IMG/VR virus record: IMGVR_UViG_3300042327_001260
Coordinates: 64,045 to 128,044 of that record
DNA from: a virus
Taxonomy: Duplodnaviria; Caudoviricetes
Strand: one strand, 5' to 3'
Length of the DNA stretch: 64,000 nucleotides
The stretch's first letter is position 1, and every line of letters begins with the position of its first letter. The notes beneath the pieces were generated by a model that was not told the origin of the DNA, ran no database searches, and saw nothing but the letters and a program-made list of their open reading frames with translations. The translations under genes and the position numbers were made by a program. Shown here in pieces: positions 37,109 to 46,250 of this stretch.

Positions 37109-37843
37109 ATGATTATGAATACATTTGGTAATATTAAAACAAATATAGAAAGGGTGGCTTCTGAATTGGCTAAAAAACCAGAATTTAAAAGATTTATTTT
37201 TGAATTTAATGGTTTGGTTCTAAAAAATAAAGATATAAGTGAGTTATATAGTATATATGACGATTTATCGTCTAATAAAGGAATTGCTCCTGATATTGTT
37301 AATGATTATGTTAATGAATCTATAGAATACTCTCAGATTCTTTTAGAAAGTCAGAGAAAAAATATTGTTCATTTAAATAATTGGATTTCTTCTTGGACTA
37401 AATCAAATAAAAATGATTATTCCGATATAGATAATGCGGTTTATAATAACAGTATAAGAAATTTAGAATCAGTTTTAGAATCTAAAAATAACATAAAGAA
37501 AACTTTAATAAGTGAAGAAAAAATTACTGTTAAAGAAAATATAAATCTACCTATAAGTTCGATGGTTAGTATTGCTAACAAGACTTTATCAAAACAAATT
37601 TCAAATTTATCAGAAGGAGATAAAAAAGAATTAGAATCAATATTAACAATGGATTACGATACTATGAAAAAAGATTTTAATTCATTAAAAGAAGATGTTG
37701 TAAAAAAATTAAAAATCACTTTAAATGAATCTTCAGAATCAAGTGTTGGAGATTCAATTAGCAAGACAATAGAAAAAATAATGGATGCAAAATGCAACTA
37801 TTATGACTATTATAAACTTAAAAAATTAAATTTGGGACTATGA
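37109..37843 (+). CDS. Putative prohead core or head assembly protein
   Basis: Follows the portal; several (L/I)xES sites. Confidence 0.7.
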   Translation: MIMNTFGNIKTNIERVASELAKKPEFKRFIFEFNGLVLKNKDISELYSIYDDLSSNKGIAPDIVNDYVNESIEYSQILLESQRKNIVHLNNWISSWTKSNKNDYSDIDNAVYNNSIRNLESVLESKNNIKKTLISEEKITVKENINLPISSMVSIANKTLSKQISNLSEGDKKELESILTMDYDTMKKDFNSLKEDVVKKLKITLNESSESSVGDSISKTIEKIMDAKCNYYDYYKLKKLNLGL

Positions 37844-38112
37844 AAAAATTTTTTAATGGTTTAGGTGGGTTGTTCAAGGATAGTAGTGGAAATGCGTCTT
37901 CAAAAAGATTCATAGGAATACTTTGTGGTGTTTCTCTTTGTATTACTTTGTATGTGAACAGTTATTCTCACGGTGATATCAAACCTTCAGACACACTTGT
38001 TAATGCGGTTGCAATGTTAGCTTTTGGGTGTTTAGGGTTAACCTCCACAGAAAAGATTTTTGGAAAAAAATCAGAAGAAAAAAAAGAAGACAATAATCAA
38101 GAAAACATTTGA
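37840..38112 (+). CDS. Small two-TM membrane protein, holin-like
   Basis: SSKRFIG plus two hydrophobic helices and a charged C-terminus. Confidence 0.65.
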   Translation: MKKFFNGLGGLFKDSSGNASSKRFIGILCGVSLCITLYVNSYSHGDIKPSDTLVNAVAMLAFGCLGLTSTEKIFGKKSEEKKEDNNQENI

Positions 38113-38285
38113 TTTTTTTGTTTGTGTTTTGCTTTTTGAATTTGAGCCCTTCGTATAACGGAGGGTTTTTTGTATTCCTTCCTTTCTTGTAATTGTTGTA
38201 TTTGTTTTGTTTTATAAATTTTAAATTTATAATTCTTTAATGCTTGCTCAATAGACTTTTCATTTTTAACCGGTACTATAATCAT
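38097..38285 (-). CDS. rpsU: Phage-encoded 30S ribosomal protein bS21
   Basis: IIVPVKNEKSIEQALKNYKFK..KTKQIQQLQERKEYKKPSVIRR matches the Bacteroidota-type bS21 pattern. Confidence 0.9.
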   Translation of the reverse strand: MIIVPVKNEKSIEQALKNYKFKIYKTKQIQQLQERKEYKKPSVIRRAQIQKAKHKQKNQMFS

Positions 38286-38391
38286 ATTTTTTTCCTTTTA
38301 TGATATAAATATACGTAATTTTTTCAAATTTTGACAACACAAAAAAGTTTTATTATATTTTTTAAAACAATAAACGTGCAACACATGAAAA

Positions 38392-38841
38392 ATGAAAAAA
38401 GGAAAAACATCAAAATTAAACATATTTGATGAAGCAAAATGTCACTATGGGACGGTAGACTCTAAAAATTTTAAATCAATTTATATAGTATTACAAACGT
38501 GGATCGAACCAATAGTTGATCACAGTAATTGGAATAAAATCACGGGGGAGTTAAAAAGACAAATTTTACACACATTATTAGAAGTGGCTGATACCACAAC
38601 ATTTGAAAGGAAATATATTGTTGATTTAGATTTAAGGACAAGTGGAATACAAAAAAATAAAAAAAGTTTTTTAAATCTTGAAATAACTTTATTTGTTAAT
38701 AATCAAAATCTTAATTTTAAATCTTTAATTTTAAGAGGAAAAATAAAAAAAATCTTAGAGTCAGTGTATATTGATGACTTAAAAAATTCAAAGTATTTTA
38801 TATTAAGTAAAACGAAATTGAAAGAAACGGTAAGTATATAA
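38392..38841 (+). CDS. Hypothetical protein
   Basis: 149 aa; host-like promoter TTTG-N20-TATATTTT at 38330-38361. Confidence 0.8.
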   Translation: MKKGKTSKLNIFDEAKCHYGTVDSKNFKSIYIVLQTWIEPIVDHSNWNKITGELKRQILHTLLEVADTTTFERKYIVDLDLRTSGIQKNKKSFLNLEITLFVNNQNLNFKSLILRGKIKKILESVYIDDLKNSKYFILSKTKLKETVSI

Positions 38842-38862
38842 TATTTATCATTAAAAACAATT

Positions 38863-39570
38863 ATGAAAATATTAGGACCTAAAGATACAGGAAAGGGTAT
38901 TTTAGTTGAGTGGGATGCTGGAGTTATAAACCCTAATGATGCCAGAAATAATCAAGTTATTAAAGAATCTTACGGACAGTTAGATTATTCTAAACCATTT
39001 GTATTTTATGCAACATTACAAAAATACGGAGTACCAAATAGAAACGGAAGAATTTATCCTGAAAAAATATTAAAAAGAGAAGCTGAAAAATATAAGGATA
39101 TGATTAATAGAGGTATGTCAATATCCGAATTAAATCACCCTGAATCATCACTTATTGATTTAGATAGAGTTGCCCATTTAATTACAGACATTTGGTGGGA
39201 AGATAACGTACTAATGGGTAAAATAAAATTATTAACTACTCCGGGGTTTCATGAAAGAGGTATTGTATCATCTAAAGGAGATGTTGCGGCAAACATGATG
39301 AGACAAGGTGTTACTATGGGAGTATCTTCTCGTGGTGTTGGTTCACTTGTTAAAAAAGGAGAACAAAATGAAGTACAAGATGATTTTGAATTAATATGTT
39401 TTGATTTAGTGTCGTCACCATCGACACCTGGAGCATATCTTTATTTAAATCAAGATGACAGACCTAAGTATGAAGAAAAACTTGAAGAACATCGAGTTGA
39501 AGTTTCTAACTCCGGTTTAGACAAATCTATTGACTTAATGAAAAGATTATCCGATTATTTGGGTAAATAA
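38863..39570 (+). CDS. gp21: Prohead protease, T4 gp21-like
   Basis: NRNGRIYP, ELNHP, GVSSRGVGS and FDLVSSPSTPGA motifs. Confidence 0.95.
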   Translation: MKILGPKDTGKGILVEWDAGVINPNDARNNQVIKESYGQLDYSKPFVFYATLQKYGVPNRNGRIYPEKILKREAEKYKDMINRGMSISELNHPESSLIDLDRVAHLITDIWWEDNVLMGKIKLLTTPGFHERGIVSSKGDVAANMMRQGVTMGVSSRGVGSLVKKGEQNEVQDDFELICFDLVSSPSTPGAYLYLNQDDRPKYEEKLEEHRVEVSNSGLDKSIDLMKRLSDYLGK

Positions 39571-39582
39571 AAAATTTAAGAC

Positions 39583-39792
39583 ATGGATGAAAAATATTTT
39601 GTAGCTAGAGTAACTACCGACATGGTAGATGAAAACACAGGAAAAGTAAAAAAAATTAAAGAAGAAAAATTAGTTAAGGGTTATTCACCGACGGACGTTG
39701 AGGCAAAAGTAACTAAAGCGTATGAAACTTATACTATGGATTGGAGAATCACAGCGATAGTAGAAAGTAAAATTGATGAGGTTATAGAATAA
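39583..39792 (+). CDS. DUF4494-like small protein
   Basis: YF.ARV...DENTGKVKKIKEEKLVKGYSPTDVEAKV resembles a Bacteroidota family. Confidence 0.65.
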   Translation: MDEKYFVARVTTDMVDENTGKVKKIKEEKLVKGYSPTDVEAKVTKAYETYTMDWRITAIVESKIDEVIE

Positions 39793-39814
39793 TTTTAATT
39801 AAAATTTTAGTTTT

Positions 39815-39850
39815 AAAAGGGATGGTAATTTTTTACTGTCCCTTTTTTTT
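39815..39850 (+). terminator. Intrinsic terminator
   Basis: AAAAGGGATGGTAA-TTTT-TTACTGTCCCTTTTTTTT. Confidence 0.85.
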
Positions 39851-39947
39851 ACGCTTAAACATACGTAATAATGATATTTTTTTAACTTTTTTAAAACTAT
39901 GATATATTTATTGAATAAATAAACGCACGGCGAATTGCATATTAATT

Positions 39948-41396
39948 ATGAGTATGGAAAAAAATAACTCAATAGTGGAGGAAGCCCTTCTACAAATGAA
40001 GGCGGTTGAGGACGCTATTAATGAAAACGCAAAAGGAATACTTGCTTCTACAATGAAGGAAGAAATCAGTGAATTAGTAAGGGAATCTTTAGGAGGTTCA
40101 AAAAAATCAAAAAAGTCTTTGTTCGAACAAGAAGAAGATGACGACGACGACATCGATGACGATGACACAGTAGAAGACGACGACGTAGAAGACTTTGATG
40201 AAACTGAGTTCGATGCTGAAGTAGGAGTAATGCCTACAGACGTAGCGGATGATAATCAAGACGCCATGGCTCCTTTGGATATGACTCAGGCACCTATCTC
40301 CGATGTAATTAAAGTATTTAAGGCGATGGGCGACGAGGATGGAATTATTGTTAAAAAAGATGAAGGTGGAAATATCCACTTGACAGACACTAGCAAAGAT
40401 TCTGAATACCTTATTCGAATGGATGAAATGGAAAACAACGTTACACCAATGAGAACACAAACAAACGAAAGTGTTTTATATGAGTTACGTTTTGACGATA
40501 GTGAAAACCCTATGGGTGATAGTTTTGGATTCACATCTCATAAAGATGATGATTTTGAAGAATTGTCTTATGAGTTTGATGAAGCTGTTGAAGATCCTAC
40601 AGATACTTCAGGAGAATCAGGACAACCATTTACTGCAGAAGGAGAATGGTTTGAAATGGATGATCCAACAGACACATCATCAGAAACAGGGGCGGCATTC
40701 ACTGCAGAAGGAAGACGTAACGAAGTTGTTTATGAACTTGAGATTGGCGAAAACTTTAAACCAAAAGGTAGAGTTGGAAAAATGAAATTCAAATATCCTT
40801 CAAAACTTAGAAAAGGAGTTACCGAAATGGGTGATTACGAAGAAGAAAATGAATGGATGGAAATGGATGACATGGATGATGAAGGCAAAGCTGGAGAGAC
40901 TAAAGAAGCAGCAAGAACACTTGGTAACGGAAGAAAATGGGGTAGAAAAGGTTTACCAAAACCAAGAACCGCACCAAGACATTTAGAAGTTGAGTCTGTA
41001 ACTAAAGAAGTTAATTTGTTAAGAGAGAAAAATGAGGAGTACAAAAAAGCTCTTGATTTCTTCAGAAATAAGTTAAATGAAGTTGCGGTTTTCAATTCTA
41101 ACTTGGCTTACTCAACAAGATTGTTCACAGAACATACAACGACAAAACAAGAAAAGATAAATATTTTAAGAAGATTTGATAACGTTAACTCAATCAAAGA
41201 ATCAAAAACTCTTTATCAAACAATTAAATCAGAATTAGGAACTGAATCAACAAATCCTGGAGTATTTACTGAATCTATCGAAAGAAAGGTTATCAAAACT
41301 CCACAAAATGGTTCAGCAGGTAATTTGATTGAAACTAAAACTTATGAGAATCCACAATTTTTAAGAATGAAGGATTTGATGAATAAAATAAAATAA
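39948..41396 (+). CDS. Prohead scaffolding/core protein, gp22-like position
   Basis: Very acidic with a C-terminal coiled coil, directly before the MCP; internal DPTDTS.E.G..FTAEG duplication. Confidence 0.8.
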   Translation: MSMEKNNSIVEEALLQMKAVEDAINENAKGILASTMKEEISELVRESLGGSKKSKKSLFEQEEDDDDDIDDDDTVEDDDVEDFDETEFDAEVGVMPTDVADDNQDAMAPLDMTQAPISDVIKVFKAMGDEDGIIVKKDEGGNIHLTDTSKDSEYLIRMDEMENNVTPMRTQTNESVLYELRFDDSENPMGDSFGFTSHKDDDFEELSYEFDEAVEDPTDTSGESGQPFTAEGEWFEMDDPTDTSSETGAAFTAEGRRNEVVYELEIGENFKPKGRVGKMKFKYPSKLRKGVTEMGDYEEENEWMEMDDMDDEGKAGETKEAARTLGNGRKWGRKGLPKPRTAPRHLEVESVTKEVNLLREKNEEYKKALDFFRNKLNEVAVFNSNLAYSTRLFTEHTTTKQEKINILRRFDNVNSIKESKTLYQTIKSELGTESTNPGVFTESIERKVIKTPQNGSAGNLIETKTYENPQFLRMKDLMNKIK

Positions 41397-41429
41397 ACAA
41401 AAAAATAAACTCAATTTAAAAATAAAAAA

Positions 41430-43304
41430 ATGGGAGCATTATTAGAATCAGGTCTTGTAGGTAACATCGGGTTGAAACACCTTAAAGTTATCAAAGAAGA
41501 TACAATTAACAAATGGGATCGATTAGGATTCCTAGACGGTCTAAGAGGACACGTTAAAGAGAACATGGCACAATTATATGAAAACCAAGCATCTCACTTA
41601 ATCAATGAAGCAGCATCTACTGATAGTTCAGGTTCTTTTGAAACTGTAGTATTTCCTATCGTAAGAAGAGTATTCTCTAAATTATTGGCTAATGACTTAG
41701 TTTCTGTACAAGCAATGAACTTACCTATCGGTAAATTGTTCTACTTTGTACCAAGAATTCAAGGTTATGAAACAAGTACTGAACAAACCGCAGCTAATAA
41801 TTATGATGGTTACGGAACTCATTATTCACCTGTTGGTGCACCTGGTAACACTACAGGGATTGGTGCAGGATATCCAGGTGGATCAGGTTCTTCATTCAAG
41901 AAAAATCTTTATGATTTATTCTACGAAGGAGCTGAAGGACAATTAGATCCTCCAGGAGTATTTGATTACTCTAAAGGTAAATGGACAGCAGTAACTCAAG
42001 ATGCTACTGTACAAGTATGGAATGGTTCATCATTAACTGGAGCAACTAACCAATACCCTACAGGTACAAACATAAGAAAGGCTATTATTAAACTTTGTGG
42101 TTGGACACCAATTGCAGGAAATGGTAAATTAGTTGGTCCTGATGGTTCTGAAGTTGACTCTGAGACTTTTCTTTCTGACTTAAGAGTATTTTCTGCTCAA
42201 CCTAAAGCAACATCTCCATTATCAGCATCAACACCATGTAGCGTTGCGTTTGACAGTAACAATAACCCTAATTCATTATTATTTAGAGTTGTTACTCAAC
42301 AATACGGACAAGGTATTGTTGGACCTACTTCAACATTAACAGATGTACCTTATCCATCGGAAGGTAATGGTGGTTCATACTACAATATTTGTTCTCAAAA
42401 TGGATGTATCTTCTTAGAAGTTGATTTATCATGTCCGGCATGTGCCGATTGTGGATCAACATCATTGGATGGTTACACAGGAACTACATTGACAGGTCCT
42501 TTAAGTGGTGACGCATTTACAGTAGTTTGGAGAAGATATGCAAACTTAGAATTCGAAGATCAAATTGGTGAGGTTTCTTTCGATTTAGAATCAGTAACTG
42601 TTTCTGTAACTGAAAGAAAACTAAGAGCACAATGGTCACCTGAATTGGCACAAGACGTTTCAGCATTCCATAACATCGACGCTGAGGCTGAATTAACGGC
42701 ATTATTGTCTGAGCAAGTGGCGGCTGAAATCGATAGAGAAATCTTGAGAGACCTTAGAAAAGGAGCAGCTTGGAATTTACGTTGGGATTACAACGGATGG
42801 AGAAGAGTACAAGGAGTTAATTCATATACTCAAAAAGATTGGAACCAAACATTAATTACAGCAATCAACCAATTGTCAGCACAAATTCACAAATCTACTT
42901 TGAGAGGTGGTGCTAACTGGATCGTTGTATCTTCTGAGGTTTCTGCAATCTTTGATGACTTAGAATACTTCCACGTATCTAACGCTTCACCTGAGCAAGA
43001 TCAATACAACATGGGTATTGAAAGAGTTGGTACTCTTGCAGGACGTTACCAAGTGTATAGAGATCCTTACTTCCCATCAAATCAAATTTTGATTGGACAC
43101 AAAGGAACATCATTGTTAGACACAGGTTATGTTTACGCACCGTACGTACCTCTACAATTAACACCTACAATGTATAACCCATTCAACTTTACACCTATCA
43201 AAGGTATAATGACAAGATACGCTAAGAAAATGGTTAACAACCGTTTCTACGGACGTATCACAGTTGATGGAGTTAGAACATTTGACTTGAGAGAATTGAG
43301 ATAA
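41430..43304 (+). CDS. gp23: Major capsid protein, T4 gp23-like, with large Cys-rich insertion
   Basis: VSVQAMNLPIG, RKLRAQWSPELAQD..AFH.IDAEAEL, EIDREIL, YAPYVPL and GIMTRYA motifs. Confidence 0.97.
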   Translation: MGALLESGLVGNIGLKHLKVIKEDTINKWDRLGFLDGLRGHVKENMAQLYENQASHLINEAASTDSSGSFETVVFPIVRRVFSKLLANDLVSVQAMNLPIGKLFYFVPRIQGYETSTEQTAANNYDGYGTHYSPVGAPGNTTGIGAGYPGGSGSSFKKNLYDLFYEGAEGQLDPPGVFDYSKGKWTAVTQDATVQVWNGSSLTGATNQYPTGTNIRKAIIKLCGWTPIAGNGKLVGPDGSEVDSETFLSDLRVFSAQPKATSPLSASTPCSVAFDSNNNPNSLLFRVVTQQYGQGIVGPTSTLTDVPYPSEGNGGSYYNICSQNGCIFLEVDLSCPACADCGSTSLDGYTGTTLTGPLSGDAFTVVWRRYANLEFEDQIGEVSFDLESVTVSVTERKLRAQWSPELAQDVSAFHNIDAEAELTALLSEQVAAEIDREILRDLRKGAAWNLRWDYNGWRRVQGVNSYTQKDWNQTLITAINQLSAQIHKSTLRGGANWIVVSSEVSAIFDDLEYFHVSNASPEQDQYNMGIERVGTLAGRYQVYRDPYFPSNQILIGHKGTSLLDTGYVYAPYVPLQLTPTMYNPFNFTPIKGIMTRYAKKMVNNRFYGRITVDGVRTFDLRELR

Positions 43305-43325
43305 TCAATTAAAATTGAATAAGAG

Positions 43326-43355
43326 AAAAGGAGACAAGAAATTGTCTCCTTTTTT
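43326..43355 (+). terminator. Intrinsic terminator after the MCP
   Basis: AAAAGGAGACAA-GAAA-TTGTCTCCTTTTTT. Confidence 0.9.
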
Positions 43356-43451
43356 GTTTTTGCTAATTCATAATAATAATATATTCAACCATTTTAATTA
43401 ATGATTGATAATAAATAATTTCATAAGTATTTATTAATAAAATAATCACCT

Positions 43452-45521
43452 ATGAAAAATTCTCTATTTATTTTTTTCCTTATACTAACAAGTTTTTTTG
43501 TTAGATCACAAGTAAGTTCTTATACGTTTGGAACATCAACCGGAACTTATACACCGATAGTTGGTGGTAGTAATTACGATAACTTTACAAGTTGGTCAAA
43601 TACAAACTTTTTGGATGATAATAATTCAACCGCATTAGAATCTATAGGGTTTAACTTTGTTTATAATGGAACGACGTATACTCAATTTGCGGTTAATACT
43701 AATGGATTTATAACATTAGGAGCATTACCAACCAATAGTTATTTTCCACTATCAACAGGAACGTCAAATAATGTTATATCGGCAATGGGTAATGACATAG
43801 TAGGTCGTGGGTCGTTATTGGCGAATAGAACTTCAGGTAGTGCGGTTATTACGATAACTGGTGGTGATATATCTTTAATATCGGTAGGGGATAAAGTGAG
43901 TGGTACGGGTATTCCTGCAGGTGCCACAGTATTATCTAAAACCGCAACAACTGTCACAATTTCTGCAAATGCAACAAGTGGGGGTACCGGATTTCATTTT
44001 AGATTTAGTAGGTCAACATTCGGTATCAGATTTCAAACAATAGGAACGTCTCCTAATAGGACATTAGTTGTACAATGGACAGGTTGGCAAAGATACACCA
44101 CAACAGGTGGATTTGGGGAGTTATATAACTTTCAGATAAGATTAAATGAGACGACTAACACAATTAATACTGTCTATAATATACAAGGACCAACAAGTGC
44201 TACCGCAAGGACGTTTGAGGTAGGTTTAAGAGGGTCCTCAAACACTGATTTTAATAATAGAACAACCACAACAAATTGGGCATCAACAACCGCAGGTACT
44301 TTAAATAGCTCAAGTGTAACACTTTCAAGTACAGTTAAACCAACTTCAGGATTAATATATACGTGGACACCACCCGTTATTCCTGTTTGTTCAGGAACAC
44401 CAAATCCAGGAAACACACTTTCTTCTTCATTAACAACATCACCAAACGGAACCGTAAACCTCTCACTGCAAAACACTACAACAGGTACGGGAGTAACTTA
44501 TCAGTGGCAGAGTAGTCAAGATAATTCAACATGGACAAACTTTGGAGCGTCATCCTCTACCCAAACATCACCACCAATTACATCGCCTACTTGGTTTAGA
44601 TCTACCGTTACTTGTTCAGGAAATAGCGGGATATCAACACCTATTCAAATAACATTATCATATTGTACATATAACATAACTAATAATGACCCTACAGGTA
44701 TTACTTCTGTAACGTTTGGTACAATATCAAATACAAGTATTGGTAATCCAGCCTACAGTGATTTTACCACACAATCAACTGCCGTAGAACAAGGTGGGAT
44801 TTATCAATTAAATGTTAAAGTAAACACAGACGGTAATTGGACAGTAAATACAAAAGTTTGGATAGATTGGAACCAAAATTACATATTTGAAGTAGGAGAA
44901 GAGTATTCTTTGGGTAGTGCATTAAACACTACTAATGGAATTACATCATTATCCCCTTTAAATATAACTGTACCAAACGGAGCGACTTTAGGAGACACTC
45001 GAATGAGAATAGTATCAGTTGAAGCCAGTGATCCAGCGCCACTATCGTGTGGTACACAACTTTATGGTGAGGCTGAGGATTATAAACTATCAATAATACC
45101 ACCAACAGGTCTTCCTGTAGAGTTAATATACTTTGACGGTTTCGGATATCAACATTACAACTCTTTAAAGTGGTCAACTGCATCTGAATATAATTCGGAT
45201 TACTTTTTACTTGAAAGAAGTGTGGATGGGGAACAATGGGATTATGTTGGGACTACAAAAGCAACGGGAAATAGTACACAAGTGGTTAATTACTTATATG
45301 TGGATAATTTTAGATTTAATGGATTTGTTTATTACAAATTAAATCAGTTTGATTTTGATGGGAATTTTAAAACATACGGCCCAATATCAATTAATAACAC
45401 ATACACAAATAAAAAGGTAACGAAATATATTAACCTTATAGGCCAAGAAGTTAATTCAGATACAAAAGGATTTATATTTGAGGTGTATGAAGATGGTACT
45501 ATGAAAAAGATTATTAGATGA
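43452..45521 (+). CDS. Secreted adhesin-like protein with GEVED domain and short T9SS type A-like C-terminus
   Basis: Signal peptide; VWIDWNQN..TRMRI..GEAEDY; LPVELIYF; C-terminus YINLIGQEV..GFIFEVYEDG..KK. Confidence 0.85.
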   Translation: MKNSLFIFFLILTSFFVRSQVSSYTFGTSTGTYTPIVGGSNYDNFTSWSNTNFLDDNNSTALESIGFNFVYNGTTYTQFAVNTNGFITLGALPTNSYFPLSTGTSNNVISAMGNDIVGRGSLLANRTSGSAVITITGGDISLISVGDKVSGTGIPAGATVLSKTATTVTISANATSGGTGFHFRFSRSTFGIRFQTIGTSPNRTLVVQWTGWQRYTTTGGFGELYNFQIRLNETTNTINTVYNIQGPTSATARTFEVGLRGSSNTDFNNRTTTTNWASTTAGTLNSSSVTLSSTVKPTSGLIYTWTPPVIPVCSGTPNPGNTLSSSLTTSPNGTVNLSLQNTTTGTGVTYQWQSSQDNSTWTNFGASSSTQTSPPITSPTWFRSTVTCSGNSGISTPIQITLSYCTYNITNNDPTGITSVTFGTISNTSIGNPAYSDFTTQSTAVEQGGIYQLNVKVNTDGNWTVNTKVWIDWNQNYIFEVGEEYSLGSALNTTNGITSLSPLNITVPNGATLGDTRMRIVSVEASDPAPLSCGTQLYGEAEDYKLSIIPPTGLPVELIYFDGFGYQHYNSLKWSTASEYNSDYFLLERSVDGEQWDYVGTTKATGNSTQVVNYLYVDNFRFNGFVYYKLNQFDFDGNFKTYGPISINNTYTNKKVTKYINLIGQEVNSDTKGFIFEVYEDGTMKKIIR

Positions 45522-45533
45522 TATTTATAGAAT

Positions 45534-46250
45534 ATGATAGATGAAATTATAAAAAGAATATTAAGAGAGGCTGATTCTACAAGTAGATATGCTGGTTATT
45601 ATAATGGTCCTTTAAGTATGGGTGAAATAGAATGGGATAAACAATCACTAGCACCATTTAATCAAAAAGTTTCAAAATTTTATAATCCAGAATTAGAGTA
45701 TGATAGTTATGACGGAAGTTTAGAATCACATAAAAAAAATATAAAAAAATTAGAATCAAAATCCCGTCAAATTTCTAGGTATAATAAAACACATAAAAAA
45801 GAAAACGATGAGGATGGAGGTGTTATAAATCAAACGCCAGGAAAAAATAAAAAAATTGTACCCATAAAAGAGTGGGTTGAATTAGATAGTATTATACTAA
45901 ATGAAGATTTAGCGGTTTGGTTTGGAACAAAAAAGAAACCAAAGGGTTCTAAACAACCAAAAGGTCCGTGGGTAGATATTTGTAGAAAAGTTAACGGTAA
46001 ACACCCCCCTTGTGGTAGAGCGGATGCTGATAGTAAATCATACCCTAAATGTAGAGCAGTAGGAGTCGCAGGTAAAATGTCAGATTCACAGAAAAAAGCG
46101 GCTTGCCAACAAAAAAGAAGAGCCGAGAAAAAAGACACTCAAACAGGTAAAGGACAAAAACCTGTTATGACTCATTATGAGACAAAAAAGAAAAGGACTC
46201 AAAAAGAGTCCTTAGAAATTGTTGTAAGAAATATCTTGAATAATTTTTAA
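45534..46250 (+). CDS. Leader-bearing basic protein, DUF5872-like C-terminal half
   Basis: LNEDLAVWF..PWVDI....PCGR....KSYPKC. Confidence 0.7.
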   Translation: MIDEIIKRILREADSTSRYAGYYNGPLSMGEIEWDKQSLAPFNQKVSKFYNPELEYDSYDGSLESHKKNIKKLESKSRQISRYNKTHKKENDEDGGVINQTPGKNKKIVPIKEWVELDSIILNEDLAVWFGTKKKPKGSKQPKGPWVDICRKVNGKHPPCGRADADSKSYPKCRAVGVAGKMSDSQKKAACQQKRRAEKKDTQTGKGQKPVMTHYETKKKRTQKESLEIVVRNILNNF

